In this document: positions 13,444 to 24,463 of the stretch, one piece after another
Numbering within the stretch: the first letter of the stretch is position 1
Layout: each line of letters starts with the position of its first letter
Origin: Dictyostelium discoideum
Taxonomy: Eukaryota
DNA length: 64,000 nucleotides
Assembly: GCA_000004695.1 (NCBI GenBank)
Contig: CM000151.3
Location: 8,128,001-8,192,000 of the forward strand
Direction: 5' to 3'
The notes under the pieces: generated by a model
Databases searched by the model: none
What the model was told of the DNA's origin: nothing
What the model saw: only the letters and a program-made list of their open reading frames with translations
Program-made: the position numbers and the translations under genes

Positions 13444-13486
13444 AATTCTTTATTATGTTTGGTTAAAATTGAAAAAAATTATCAAA

Positions 13487-13559
13487 GGGGATGTAGCTCA
13501 GATGGTAGAGCGCTCGCTTAGCATGCGAGAGGTAAAGGGATCGATACCCTTCTTCTCCA
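13487..13559 (+). tRNA. tRNA-Ala (anticodon AGC)
   Basis: GGGGATGTAGCTCAGATGGTAGAGCGCTCGCTTAGCATGCGAGAGGTAAAGGGATCGATACCCTTCTTCTCCA. This is a canonical eukaryotic tRNA-Ala(AGC) 5' two-thirds: A box TAGCTCAGATGG, anticodon loop CTTAGCATG, and G3:U70. The T stem is AAGGG/CCCTT, with compensatory changes relative to the common CGGGG/CCCCG. There is one acceptor mismatch (T6:T67). A T6 Pol III terminator follows directly. Confidence 0.8.
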
Positions 13560-13566
13560 TTTTTTG
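13560..13566 (+). terminator. RNA polymerase III terminator (T-run) immediately 3' of tRNA-Ala
   Basis: tttttt directly after the discriminator base. Confidence 0.7.
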
Positions 13567-13585
13567 GGCCGACGATATGAGATCG

Positions 13586-13599
13586 CAGGTTCGATTCCT
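13586..13599 (+). promoter_or_regulatory. extra (external) B box downstream of the tRNA gene
   Basis: caGGTTCGATTCCt lies about 27 nt after the tRNA 3' end. It duplicates the B-box consensus GGTTCGANTCC. External B boxes are a known feature of many D. discoideum tRNA genes. Confidence 0.6.
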
Positions 13600-13831
13600 A
13601 ATTTTATTATCAACAAATTTGAAATGTTTATAAATTTAACTTTACTCGAAAAGAGTTCAATTCAAACTTTAATAATATATGATTTGTAATAATAGTATAT
13701 TTAAATTATCTACTAAAAATTTCAATTTTTATTCATTAAAGACTATTTTAGTACCAATTAATAATATTACTTTTATTAGTTCATTAGATCAAGCATTTTA
13801 TAAATTTCAAAAATAAATAAAAAATAATAAT

Positions 13832-13873
<42 letters not shown>

Positions 13874-14775
13874 ATTTCAATTAAGATCTTTAGATGTGAT
13901 TCAAATACTTTGATATCAAAAAATTTACTACAATCAATTAAAATAAATTAATAATTAAATAAATAAAAAAAAGAGGTAAAAAAAAAAACTTAATATAGTT
14001 TATTTGTTTGAGTTTATTTTTTTTTTTTTTTTGTTTATGTATTTTTTACCGATATTTTTTTTTTTTCTGTCTCTCACTCTCTTACTTGAACATGTTGTTT
14101 TCAAGTATAAAAAAAAAATAAAAAAAAAAAACAAAAATAAAAATTGGTGGGTTGATTTTATTTATTTATCATTTTTAATTCCAAATCGGGTGTGATATTT
14201 GCTGGAAAAAAAAAATTATTTTTGTTTTTTTTTTTTTTTATTTTTTTTTTTTTAATTTTATTTTTCTAATAATATTAAAACTCATTAAAAAAAAAATAAT
14301 AATAATATTTCAATTCATTGTTCATTAAGCTTTATATATGTGATTAAAAAAAAATTAAAAAAAAAAAAAAAAAAAAATATAAAAAAAATAATTTATAACA
14401 CACACTCACAAATTTATACACTCACACAACACACCCTCACAAGTATAATATTTAAAATTCATATCAAATTTCAATTTTTTTTAACAACACACATATATAT
14501 AAATTCATAAAAATTATAATAAACAACCTCATTCATCAAATATTTGTAATTATTATTTTTTTTTTTTTTAATTTTATTTTTTTTTTATTTTTTTTATTTT
14601 TTTTTTTTTTTCTTTTAAAAGAAATAAAAAAAATAAAAAAAAGCTGTTTCTGTATAAAAAAAAAACAAAAAAAAAAAAAATTTATCTTCTTTTTATTAAT
14701 TTAAAACAATTTCAAATACCAAAAAATTTTTTTTTTTTTTAATTAAATAGTATACATACAATTAAAAATATTAAA

Positions 14776-15417
14776 ATGGATAATATCATTACAAATAGTA
14801 ATACCAGTGAAGTTGAAAATAATAGCAAACTCGATCTTTTGCAATCAACATTCCAATCAGCACCACAACAACAAATTCAACATAATCAAAAAAATCAACA
14901 ACAACAACAACAACAAAATTTAAAAAATATAAATAATTATCAAAATCATAATAATAAATTCAAAAGATGGAATGGATATTCCCCATCATTAAATAATTTC
15001 AATAATAATAATATCAATAATAATAATAATAATAGTTTTAATAATAATATTAGAAATTATAGTGATCAAGATTTAAAAAAAGAATTAGAATTAAGATCAT
15101 TAGAATTAATGAAAAAAGAAGAAGAGATAATGAAACTTCGTTCAAAATTAACAACACTTAGTGAACAATATACTCAAGAACTTGCAATATGTTGTCATTA
15201 TTCTAATAGCCTTTCCAATTTAAGAAAAGAAGTATATCAAATGAAAAATCAATTTTTGTCTAAAGAAGAACAAGTAAGTAAACTATTTTTTTTTTTTTTT
15301 TTTTTTTTTTATTCCATATATTAATATTATTTTAATTATTAGTATAAAAAACAAATCCAAGATCTTCAATATAAATTATACTGCGAATATCAACCAATTG
15401 GAAAGCTTAGAATTTAA
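14776..15417 (+). CDS. Gln/Asn-rich coiled-coil protein (~191 aa); exons 14776..15273 and about 15343..15417
   Basis: Exon 1 ORF ends ...SKEEQ at a GTAAGT donor (15274-15279). A 69-nt AT-rich intron containing a T-run has its acceptor AG at 15341-15342. Exon 2 encodes YKKQIQDLQYKLYCEYQPIGKLRI*. A heptad-like region LKKELELRSLELMKKEEEIMKLRSKLTTLSEQY is present. Confidence 0.55.
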
Positions 15418-15566
15418 TTTTAAAATATAAAGAATAAAATAATTAAAAAAAAAAAAGATAAATTAAAATTGTTTTATTTTTTATTTTTAAAAAAAAATTG
15501 GAATAATTAATAAACCACCTTTCCAGTCTTTATTTTTATTTTTATTTTTATTTTTATTTTTATTTT

Positions 15567-16624
15567 TTAAATATTTAATAAATTATTATAACATCTAATG
15601 ATTGAATCTCTGGAAGTTAAATAAGCTTGATTTCCAACGATATTAAAAGAAGTTACAACATCAGTATCAATACCAGATAAAGAGGTTATGATTTGATTTT
15701 TATCTAAATCCAACAAGAAACAACAACCATCACCAGAGGTAACCCAAATTGAATTTGCAATCTTTGAATTGGATGAATTTGCCTTTATATGATGAATTGG
15801 TGAGTTTGTAAATTGTAATCTACAAAAAGGTGAATTTAAATTTCTCTTATCCCAAAAGTAAATGGAACCATTATGGTCACCACCAATTATATAATTCTTA
15901 TGTACATGACAAGCATTGAATGCAACTGATCTTGTACTCTTTTCACCAGATTGTACAACATTCATTTGTGATATCATATTCTTTGATCTCAAATCAATTG
16001 CTTGTAAAAACCCTTCTTCTGCCGCTATAATCAATGTTTTACCATCTGTACCCACTTCTCTTTCATCAACTTTATTATTATCATTACTATTTGTAGTGGT
16101 GGTAGTTGGAATTGAGTCAAGTAATGATGATGCTATAAAACTATCATTAATTGGTCTTGATAATTTTGTTAAATTTGAAATGATCGATGATGTTGGTATA
16201 TCCCATAATTTACTTGTACCATCACGTGAACATGATACTAAATTTCTACCACGATCAACCAATGATGCCGATGTTATACCACCGATGTGTCCGACCAATG
16301 TAGAGGCGCATGTGCCTTCTATAGCATCCCAAATCTTTAATCTACTATCAGAGGAACCACTTAGTATAACCCTACCACTTGGGAAAAACATTGCCAAATC
16401 AACATCACCAACATGACCATCTAATTTTCTTCTAATTTGACCATCACCAGTTTCAAATACTTCCAATGTACCATCAGTACTACCATATACACCCAACTCT
16501 CCTAAATGACTAACACCCATTGATGTTATTCTTTTCTTTCCACCTGAAACTTTTAACTGTTTCTCTGGTGCATATATTTCAATACTATATTTATCATTTT
16601 CAACTCTAATATTATTTTTATTTT

Positions 16625-16664
<40 letters not shown>

Positions 16665-17072
16665 AAAATAAATAAATTAATAAATGTTTTTTAAATTAAT
16701 AAATAAATAAATAAATAAATAATATTTTTTTTTTTTTTTTTTTTCCTAAATTACAAAATAAATATTTATATAATTACTTTATTTGGTGTTAATTTAAATC
16801 CATAATCAGATTCAAATTTAAAATTATTTTCATCAATTTTGGTAGAATGAACTGATCCATGAATTGTATTTTTTAAATCTATAGTATTATAATAAAAAGT
16901 TTTTTGAATTTAGTAAATTAAAGAAAATATATATTGAAATATATATTAAATTACCTTTTTGATATGCAACCCAACAATTATCTGAATCTTGTTTATATGC
17001 CAATTGCCAATCATATTGAATTCTTACATATGGTAAAAAATGATAGGGTATTTCAGTTGTATTGCTTGTCAT
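15567..17072 (-). CDS. WD40-repeat protein (~390 aa); three exons, about 17072..16955, 16878..16778 and 16625..15567
   Basis: Exon 1 (MTSNTTEIPYHFLPYVRIQYDWQLAYKQDSDNCWVAYQK) ends at a GTAATT donor in phase 1. Exon 2 encodes DLKNTIHGSVHSTKIDENNFKFESDYGFKLTPNK and ends at GTAATT. Exon 3 (ENKNNIRVENDKYSIEIYAPEKQLKVSGGKKRITSMGVSHLGEL...) carries several WD repeats (LSGSSDSRLKIWD, LVSCSRDGTSKLWD, IIGGDHNGSIYFWD). Confidence 0.7.
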
Positions 17073-17871
17073 CTTTGTTATTATTGTAAATTAATAATTT
17101 GAAATTAAAAAAATGAATTTTTTTTTATTTTTTTTATTTTTTTTTTTTTTAATTTTTATTTTTTTTTTTTTTTTTTTTATTTGTGAAGTGAATAGAAAAA
17201 TTATGGAAAAAATAAAAAACTACTAATAAAAACAAAATTTGAAATAGAACAATTTTTATTTTTTACTTTTACTTTTATTTTCATTTTTTTTTTATTATTT
17301 TATTTCTCTTTTCACCAGTTCATTTAAAGAATATTTATTTTTTTTTTTTTTTACTAATACCAAAATCATTTATTTTTTTTTTTTTTTGATTTCCACATTT
17401 CTTTAAAATTATTCTTTTTAATAATCATCGGAATAGTTTGGGTGGGAAATTATTGATTTTTTTTTTTTTAAAAAATAATTATGATGTAATTATTTTTTTT
17501 TTTTTTTTAAATAATTATGATGTAACAATTACAAATTAATAAATTTAATTAAATTTAATAATAAATAAAATCTAAAAAACCTTTTTTTTTTTTTTCAATG
17601 AAAAAAATATTGAAAATAAAATGGAAAGAAAATTCGATAATGTCCTAAACTAAAATAAAAAAAAAATCTATAAAAAGATATTTTTAAAAATAAGTTTTTA
17701 TTTTTTTTTATTTTTTTTTTTATTTTTTTTTATTTTTTTTTTTTTTTAACCAGGGTATTTTTTTCTGATCAAAAACTGATTTTTTTTTTTTTTTTTTTTC
17801 ATTCCATTTTCTTTTAAAACAATTACTATTTTTTTTATTTTTTTTTTAAAAAAAAATAAATAATAAAAAAA

Positions 17872-18735
17872 ATGATGAAAAAATATTTAAATATTTATTT
17901 CTTTATTATTTTAAATTTAATATTATCAATTAAAATTGTAAAATCATCATATTCAAATTCACCACCAGATTTTTCATTTTTAGAAACTACTGCAAAAACA
18001 TTTTTAAGTTATTCATATGTTACATATTGTGATATAGATGATATTAGTAATTGGACATGTACTACATGTAAACATTCAGATGTTGAAGCATTCACAATTG
18101 TAAATACAATTTATAATGATACAACCGATACTCAAGCATATGTTGGCTATATTGGAAATGAGGTAATTGTTGCATTTAGAGGTTCAATGGATATTCAAAG
18201 TTGGATTACAAATTTACAATTTTTACAAATTGTTTACCCATTATACCCATCAGCAAAAGTACATAGTGGTTTTTATGACAGTTGGTCAAGTGTTAGAGAA
18301 CAAGTGAAGAGTTCAATTGATTTAGCATTAAAGCAATGTGGTAAGCAATGCAATGAAATCAAAGTAACCGGTCATAGTTTAGGTGCTGCATTGGCAACAT
18401 TGGCAATTGCCGAAATTCAAGGTTGGTACTCAATTCCTTCAACAATGTATAATTTTGGGTCACCTCGTGTTGGTGATTCTGTATTTGCTGAATACTTTAA
18501 TTCAATTCAACCAAATGTAATAAGAGTAACTTATGAACAAGATTTAGTACCACATGTACCACCTGAAAATGTTTTAAATTATCATCATATCCCAACTGAA
18601 GTTTACTTTAATACAAATTCAACTTTTAAAACTTGTGATGATAGTGGTGAAGACCAAACATGCGCCGATTCAACTATTGGTTATAGTATTTATGACCATC
18701 TTACTTATTTTGGTATGCATTGTTGTTGTCGTTAA
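17872..18735 (+). CDS. secreted triacylglycerol lipase, class 3 (fungal-type lipase fold)
   Basis: 287-aa ORF with an N-terminal signal peptide (MMKKYLNIYFFIILNLILSIKIVKS). It has the catalytic-serine pentapeptide GHSLG (VTGHSLGAALATLA) and the Asp/His region (YEQDLVPHVPP) typical of the Lipase_3 family. Confidence 0.85.
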   Translation: MMKKYLNIYFFIILNLILSIKIVKSSYSNSPPDFSFLETTAKTFLSYSYVTYCDIDDISNWTCTTCKHSDVEAFTIVNTIYNDTTDTQAYVGYIGNEVIVAFRGSMDIQSWITNLQFLQIVYPLYPSAKVHSGFYDSWSSVREQVKSSIDLALKQCGKQCNEIKVTGHSLGAALATLAIAEIQGWYSIPSTMYNFGSPRVGDSVFAEYFNSIQPNVIRVTYEQDLVPHVPPENVLNYHHIPTEVYFNTNSTFKTCDDSGEDQTCADSTIGYSIYDHLTYFGMHCCCR

Positions 18736-19735
18736 ATAAATTAATTTTAATATTAAAAAAAAAAAAAAAAAAAAAAAAAGTTTATTTGTTTATTTATTTC
18801 ATTTTTTTTTTTTTTTTTTTTTTTTGATAGTCAAAATCAGAGTTTAGGAAAAGAGTTGGTTAAAAATAATGAGAAACTACACGAAAATAGTCAAAAATTA
18901 AAAATAAATATAAAAATAAAAAAATAATAAATAAACTGAAACAAATCAAATCAAAATTAAAATTGGATTCCAAAAATTGTAAAGAAAAAAAAAAAAAAAA
19001 ACATTTTTATAATAATCAATTTTTAAAATAAAATAAAAATTTAGACCATCATTTTATCAGTTGGATTTAAAAAAAACTCGAGTTTTCAATTCAACTGATT
19101 AAATTACCACCTTTGTATTGTTTTGAGTAGAGGCGAATGATTTATTTGAAACTGTAAAAAATAATTTTCAAGATTTTTTTTATTTTCCAACTTCTTTTTT
19201 TTTTTTTTTCCACAAAATTATTTTTTTTTTTTTTTTTTTTTTTTTCACCAAACTTTTATTTTACTAACTAACTTTTTCTTAAAATTATTTTTAAAAAAAA
19301 AAAATATGATTAGGCCTAACTACCTCTTTTTTATAAAAAATCCCAATCAGATCAAATAACTTTATTTTTTATTTATTTTTATTTTATTTTTTTTATTTTG
19401 CACGGATTTTTTTTTTTTTTTTTTTTGTTTTTAAACAAAATAATAGTTTATTTTATTTTTTATTTTTTTTAATCATCCAATCTACCCTTCATCAACCAAT
19501 AATTTTATTTATTATTTATTTATTTACTATTTAATTTTTATTTATTTTAATAATTTTTTTTAGTTTTTTCAATTTTATTTATTTATTTATTAATTAATTT
19601 ATTTATTTATTTATTTATTTATTTATTCCATGTTTATTACTTTTTAGTATCATTACATTTGTAAAATTAATTATTGTATCATTACTTTAAAAAAAAAATT
19701 AAAAAATTAAAAAATAATAATAAAAATTTAATAAA

Positions 19736-21203
19736 ATGAATTTATATAAAAAATCTTTTTTACCAATAATATTATTATGCAACTTAATAATAAATGTTCA
19801 TTCATATGGTGAAGGTGATGGTAATGGTAAGTAATATTTTTTAAAAAAAGAAAATAATAATTTTAGATTATTAATTTTTTTTTTTTTTTTTTTTTTTAGG
19901 ATTACCAATTTGGCAAGAAAGAGAAAGTTTAAATTTATTGAATGCTGTACGTTTTGATCCAGTTGGATATAAAAATTATTTTATGTCAACTGGTTATAAT
20001 AATATGGGAAATGTATTTGCTAATAATATTTATCCAGCTACAAATCCAGTTTATTATAACTCTGTTTTAAATTCTCAAGCACGTTACCATTCAACTGATA
20101 TGGGTGTAAATAATTGTTTCTCACATTCAAATTGTGATGGTACTTCAATCACTGCAAGATTTAATGCATTCAATGCAAACTGTATGACTGGTTGGGGTGA
20201 AAATTTATCAGCTGGTTTTTCAAATGGTGTCCTAACTCAAAATTCTTTAATTTGTGAAACCCCACCATATTGTGTAAACGATGGTAATAATGATGGACAT
20301 AGATCAAATATGATGGTTTCAAGATGGGTCGCTGCAGGCGTTGGTTTTTATTATGCACCATCATCAACTTATAAATATTATTGGAGTCAAGATTACAAAG
20401 ATGCAACATGTGAACCACAAACCTCACCAATCTATTCAGGATCTCATAGTTTTTGGCCATCAGCATCAGTACCAATGTTCCATGCTTCATATTATAATAA
20501 AAAAGGTGAAAGTTTATCTTCAGCAAGAGTAGTATTTAGTTCTGGAGCATATGGTGATTTAAATTTAGCAATTGGTTCAACTAATAAAGGTTTTTATACC
20601 TTTTTTTTAAATGGTTATGTTATGTGTGATTCTTATATTTTTGAATTTGCTACAACCAATGGTAATGTTTACAGATATCCAGATAGTGGTTCATTATCAA
20701 TTGTAACTTCATCAGGTTCATGTTCAGCATGGTCATCAAATTATATTCAAGGTACAGTATCTCAAACAACAACTCAACCACCAGTTACTCAAACTCCAAC
20801 CCCTACCCCAACCCCAACTCAAACTCAAGCCCCAACTCAAACTCCTACTCAAACTCCTAGCCCAACTCAAACTCCTAGCCCAACTCAAACTCAAACTCAA
20901 ACTTCTACCCCAACACCAACTGAAACACCAACTGAAACACCAAATTCTAATGAAAACTCAAGTAGTTCATCTACTTTAATTGGTAATAGTTCAACCAATT
21001 CAGAATTACAAAGTAGTGAAAGTAATGATTCATCAACATCTGATAAATCTACTTCCTCAAACAACAATAATAACTCTGAACCAAATCTACCAGGTGGTAT
21101 TAATAAAAATTCCCAAAGTGAAGATTCAAATTCAAATCAAATATTACCAAATTTAATTGTACCATTCCTTCTTGGTCTTTTAATTAAAATATTATTATAC
21201 TAA
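19736..21203 (+). CDS. CAP/SCP/PR-1-domain secreted protein with a Pro/Thr-rich linker, Ser-rich region and C-terminal hydrophobic (GPI-signal-like) tail; exons 19736..19826 and about 19900..21203
   Basis: Exon 1 (MNLYKKSFLPIILLCNLIINVHSYGEGDGN, a signal peptide) ends at a GTAAGT donor at 19827. The intron has a T-run, acceptor ttttag. Exon 2 has a CAP-like core (HSTDMGVNNCFSHSN...GHRSNMMVSRWVAAGVGF...), then (TQTPTP/SPTQTP)n, then S/N-rich sequence, and ends LPNLIVPFLLGLLIKILLY*. Confidence 0.7.
20790..20940 (+). repeat. coding minisatellite (actcaaactcct-type 12-18 bp units) giving the Thr/Pro/Gln linker of the CAP-domain protein
   Basis: Repeated ACTCAAACTCCTAGCCCA / ACTCAAACTCAA units encode TQTPSPTQTPSPTQTQTQ. 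Confidence 0.7.
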
Positions 21204-21299
21204 TAATACATTTTAAAAATTAATAAATATAAAAAAAAAAAAAAAAAGTGTTTTTATAATATATATATTTAAATTGTTTATTTTATTTTATTTTATTTT

Positions 21300-22768
21300 T
21301 TAAAATTTATTTCTTGAAATCCAATCACCAGCAATTGGACCTAATCTTTGATGATCAAAACCTAAAGCATCAGTTAAAGATATTGAATAAGGAACAATTT
21401 CTTTACAAAGTTCTAAGATTTGAATTGAAATTGATTCAGATTGTTGAGGTGAGATGAATTGATATTTTAAGAACCAATTATCACGATCTATAATATTTAA
21501 TACATAGAGTGAAACTAAAAGTTTGAGAGCATTTCTAGTGTTTTCATCAGGATAATTGTTAACAGCGGCAATGAATTTATCGAGGATAGTTTTTTCAGTA
21601 TAAGCAACACCTAAACGAACGATATAGGTACCATTATCATTCCAAGCGTCCATAATTGCAGAACCTTCAGAGACGGAATCACTTAATTTCTCAGTTACAT
21701 ATTGAATGGTTTGATTTAATCTTGAATTTAAAGCTTCCAATAAGAAATCGAAAGATCTAATGTAATTTCTATCAGTTCTTTGTTTTTGTTCATTTGAAGG
21801 TTGTTGATAATCTGTTGGTGGATTCTTTCTAGATTCGGATAACATGAATTTGGCAACTTGTTGATATAATAGTATATTATCACCTTCGAAAGTTGTATAG
21901 ATTTCAGTCTCTGATTTGAAATTACCAATTAAATTCTCACTCAAGAACCCTTGACCACCACAAGCCTCTCTACACTCTTGAAGACAATCACGAGTTGACC
22001 AAGAACTATAAGCCTTTAAAGCCGATGCTAAAATATGAATTTCCTTCTCCTTTTTCTCTTTTTCAGACAATAAATCCAATAGATAATTATTTGAGAAATG
22101 GGTGGCGTAGGTGTTTGCCAAATGTGGAATTAAACGTTTTCTATGCGAGGAATAGGATATTAATTGTTTCTCGAATTTTGGATCTGAACCTTGGAATTGT
22201 TTTCTAGAGAATGAATATCTAATTGCCGTGGTCAAGCCAACTGAATTAAATGCAACTGACCCAATTGAAACAATGTAACGACCAAGTACCAATGCACCAA
22301 TGGTATTGGCAAAACGTTTATTTGCAGGATTAATTGGTGATGTGTAAATGCCTGCTTTGTTAACTCCACCAAATCTATTCAATAATTGGTCTCTTGGTAT
22401 ATGTAAATCTTTAAACATGATTCTACCATTATCAACACCATTCAAAGCCATCTTTACACCACAATCTCTAATATCAACACCCTTCACTAGACTACCATCA
22501 TCATTTCTAATTCTTGCAACAAATGCATGAACTCCTTCCATCTTACCACTAACTTTTAATTGTGCCATAATAATTGTATGTGTTGCATTCTTTGCTGATC
22601 CACCGATAAAATATTTTTGACTTGTAATAGTTGGTGAATTTATAATAAATTCTTCTTTATCATGATCATATTCTGCAATAGTTTCAATTGATTGTACATT
22701 TGATCCATGTCCTAATTCTGTTAATGAAAAACATCCAATAATTTCTAATTTTTCTACCTCTATATATA

Positions 22769-22823
<55 letters not shown>

Positions 22824-23585
22824 CAATAAATAAATAAATAAATAAATAATAATTGAAAAAATTACTTACTTTCAGTATATTTCTTTCTTTGTTCTTCTGA
22901 TCCTAAAAATACAATTGATGCACCAAATAATGAAAAGTGCACGCCCATTAAAGTTGTAACACTTGGGTTTTGGAATCTATAACCTTGTGTGAAAACTGCA
23001 ATTTTTTTGGGATTTCTGCAAATATTGATTGGGAAAAAAAAAAAAAAAATTTAAAAAAAAAAAAAAAAGATATTTTATTTTATTTTGAAAATCAGTAAAC
23101 TGCAAATTTTTTGGAAAAAAAAATGATAACTGGGAGAATTGGTGTTGATACCATCAAAAAAAAAAAAATGAAAAAAATAAAAAAAAAAAGGTGGTGTTTG
23201 GTGAAGGTGTTGAGAGGTTTGTTTTTTTTACTCTCTCTTTTAAAAAAAAAAAAAATTAATATTAAAAAATTTACCTTTCTAAATCAATTAAACCAAAATG
23301 TTTTGTTGCTAATTCCATTAATTTTTTAAATTGGTTAAATGTTAATTCTCTATCTTGTTCAAGTGAAAGACCAAAAGATGGTTGTAATAAAAAATTTTCA
23401 TTATTCCAAAAAGTTGATAAAGATTCTTTTAATTCTAGTTCATATGGAAATAAATATTTATTTAATAAATTGGCATCGAATGATTGTTTAATTTCCATAT
23501 ATTGTGGATCAATCTCTGATAAACAATCATTATTTGATAATAAATGTAGTGTATTAATTTGAATTCTTCTAATTGTTGATTCCAT
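21300..23585 (-). CDS. acyl-CoA oxidase (peroxisomal ACOX family); exons about 23585..23275, 23015..22870 and 22759..21300
   Basis: Exon 1 (MESTIRRIQINTLHLL...GLIDLE) ends in phase 2 at GTAAAT. Exon 2 encodes RNPKKIAVFTQGYRFQNPSVTTLMGVHFSLFGASIVFLGSEEQRKKYTE and ends at GTAAGT. Exon 3 (VEKLEIIGCFSLTELGHGSNVQSIETIAEYDHDKEEFIINSPTITSQKYFIGGSAKNATHTIIMAQLKV...) carries ACOX middle- and C-terminal-domain sequence (WSTRDCLQECREACGGQGF, TFEGDNILL). Both introns contain very long T/A homopolymers. Confidence 0.75.
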
Positions 23586-24463
23586 TTTTTTTTTTTTTTT
23601 TTTTTTTTTTAACTATAATTTATTTATTTGTTTTTGTTTATTTTTAATTATTATTATTTTTAATTATTATTATTATTTAAATTATAAAAATTAGAAAATA
23701 TAAAAAAAAAAATAAAAAAACACACTTTAATTTATAGATGGGATTTATATTTAGAAGTTTTTATTTATATATATAAAAGGGGTGTCCAAGTAAGAAGTTT
23801 TTTAATGTAATGAAAAATAAAAAAAAAAAAAATTTTAAATAAAAAAATGTAACCAAAAAAAAAAAAAAAAAAATAGATGTGTGGGGATTAGAAAGAAATA
23901 AAAAAAAAAAAATAAAAAAAAATTAATTTTTATTTTTTTTTTGAAAATATCAATTTTTAATTTTTTTAATTTTTTTTTTGGATTTGAAATTAAAATTAAA
24001 ATTTTCAGATATATATAACAACATAATTTACCAAAAAAAAAAAAAAAAAAAATTATAATTTGGTTTTGGGGTGGATTTATAATAATGAATTTTCTTTTAC
24101 ATTATCTCGTGTTTTTGGAAATTAAATAAAAAAATTATAATTATAAAAAAAAAAAAAAAGAGAAAAAAAATAGAAAAAAAATAAATAAGATGACGAATAT
24201 TAATTTTTCGAAAAGTGTTTAAAAATAAAAAAATAAAAAATAAAAATAAAAAAAAACAAACTCATTCAATTTTAATCATTTTTAGAAATGAAACAAATAA
24301 ATAAACAAAAAAATAAAAAAAATTGGTTGAGCTTTTTAGCTTTTTACAAAAATAAATTAAAATAATAATTTAAAAAAAAAAAAAAAAAACCGAATAGTTT
24401 TTTTTTTTTTTTTTTTCAAAAAATATTTCATTTTAATTTTATTTTTTAAATAAGTAAATTACA

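Noticed and set aside
15916-16416. 166-aa plus-strand ORF overlapping the WD40 gene
   Set aside because: It is antisense to a well-supported WD40 exon and has no independent signal.
20170-20532. ORFs 20170..20526(-) and 20341..20532(+) inside the CAP-domain gene
   Set aside because: They are nested in or antisense to a clearly coding exon. The His/Gln-rich composition comes from reading CAT/CAA-rich DNA out of frame.
23111-23329. 72-aa plus-strand ORF between ACOX exons
   Set aside because: It lies within an intron full of A/T homopolymers and is a Lys-rich artefact.
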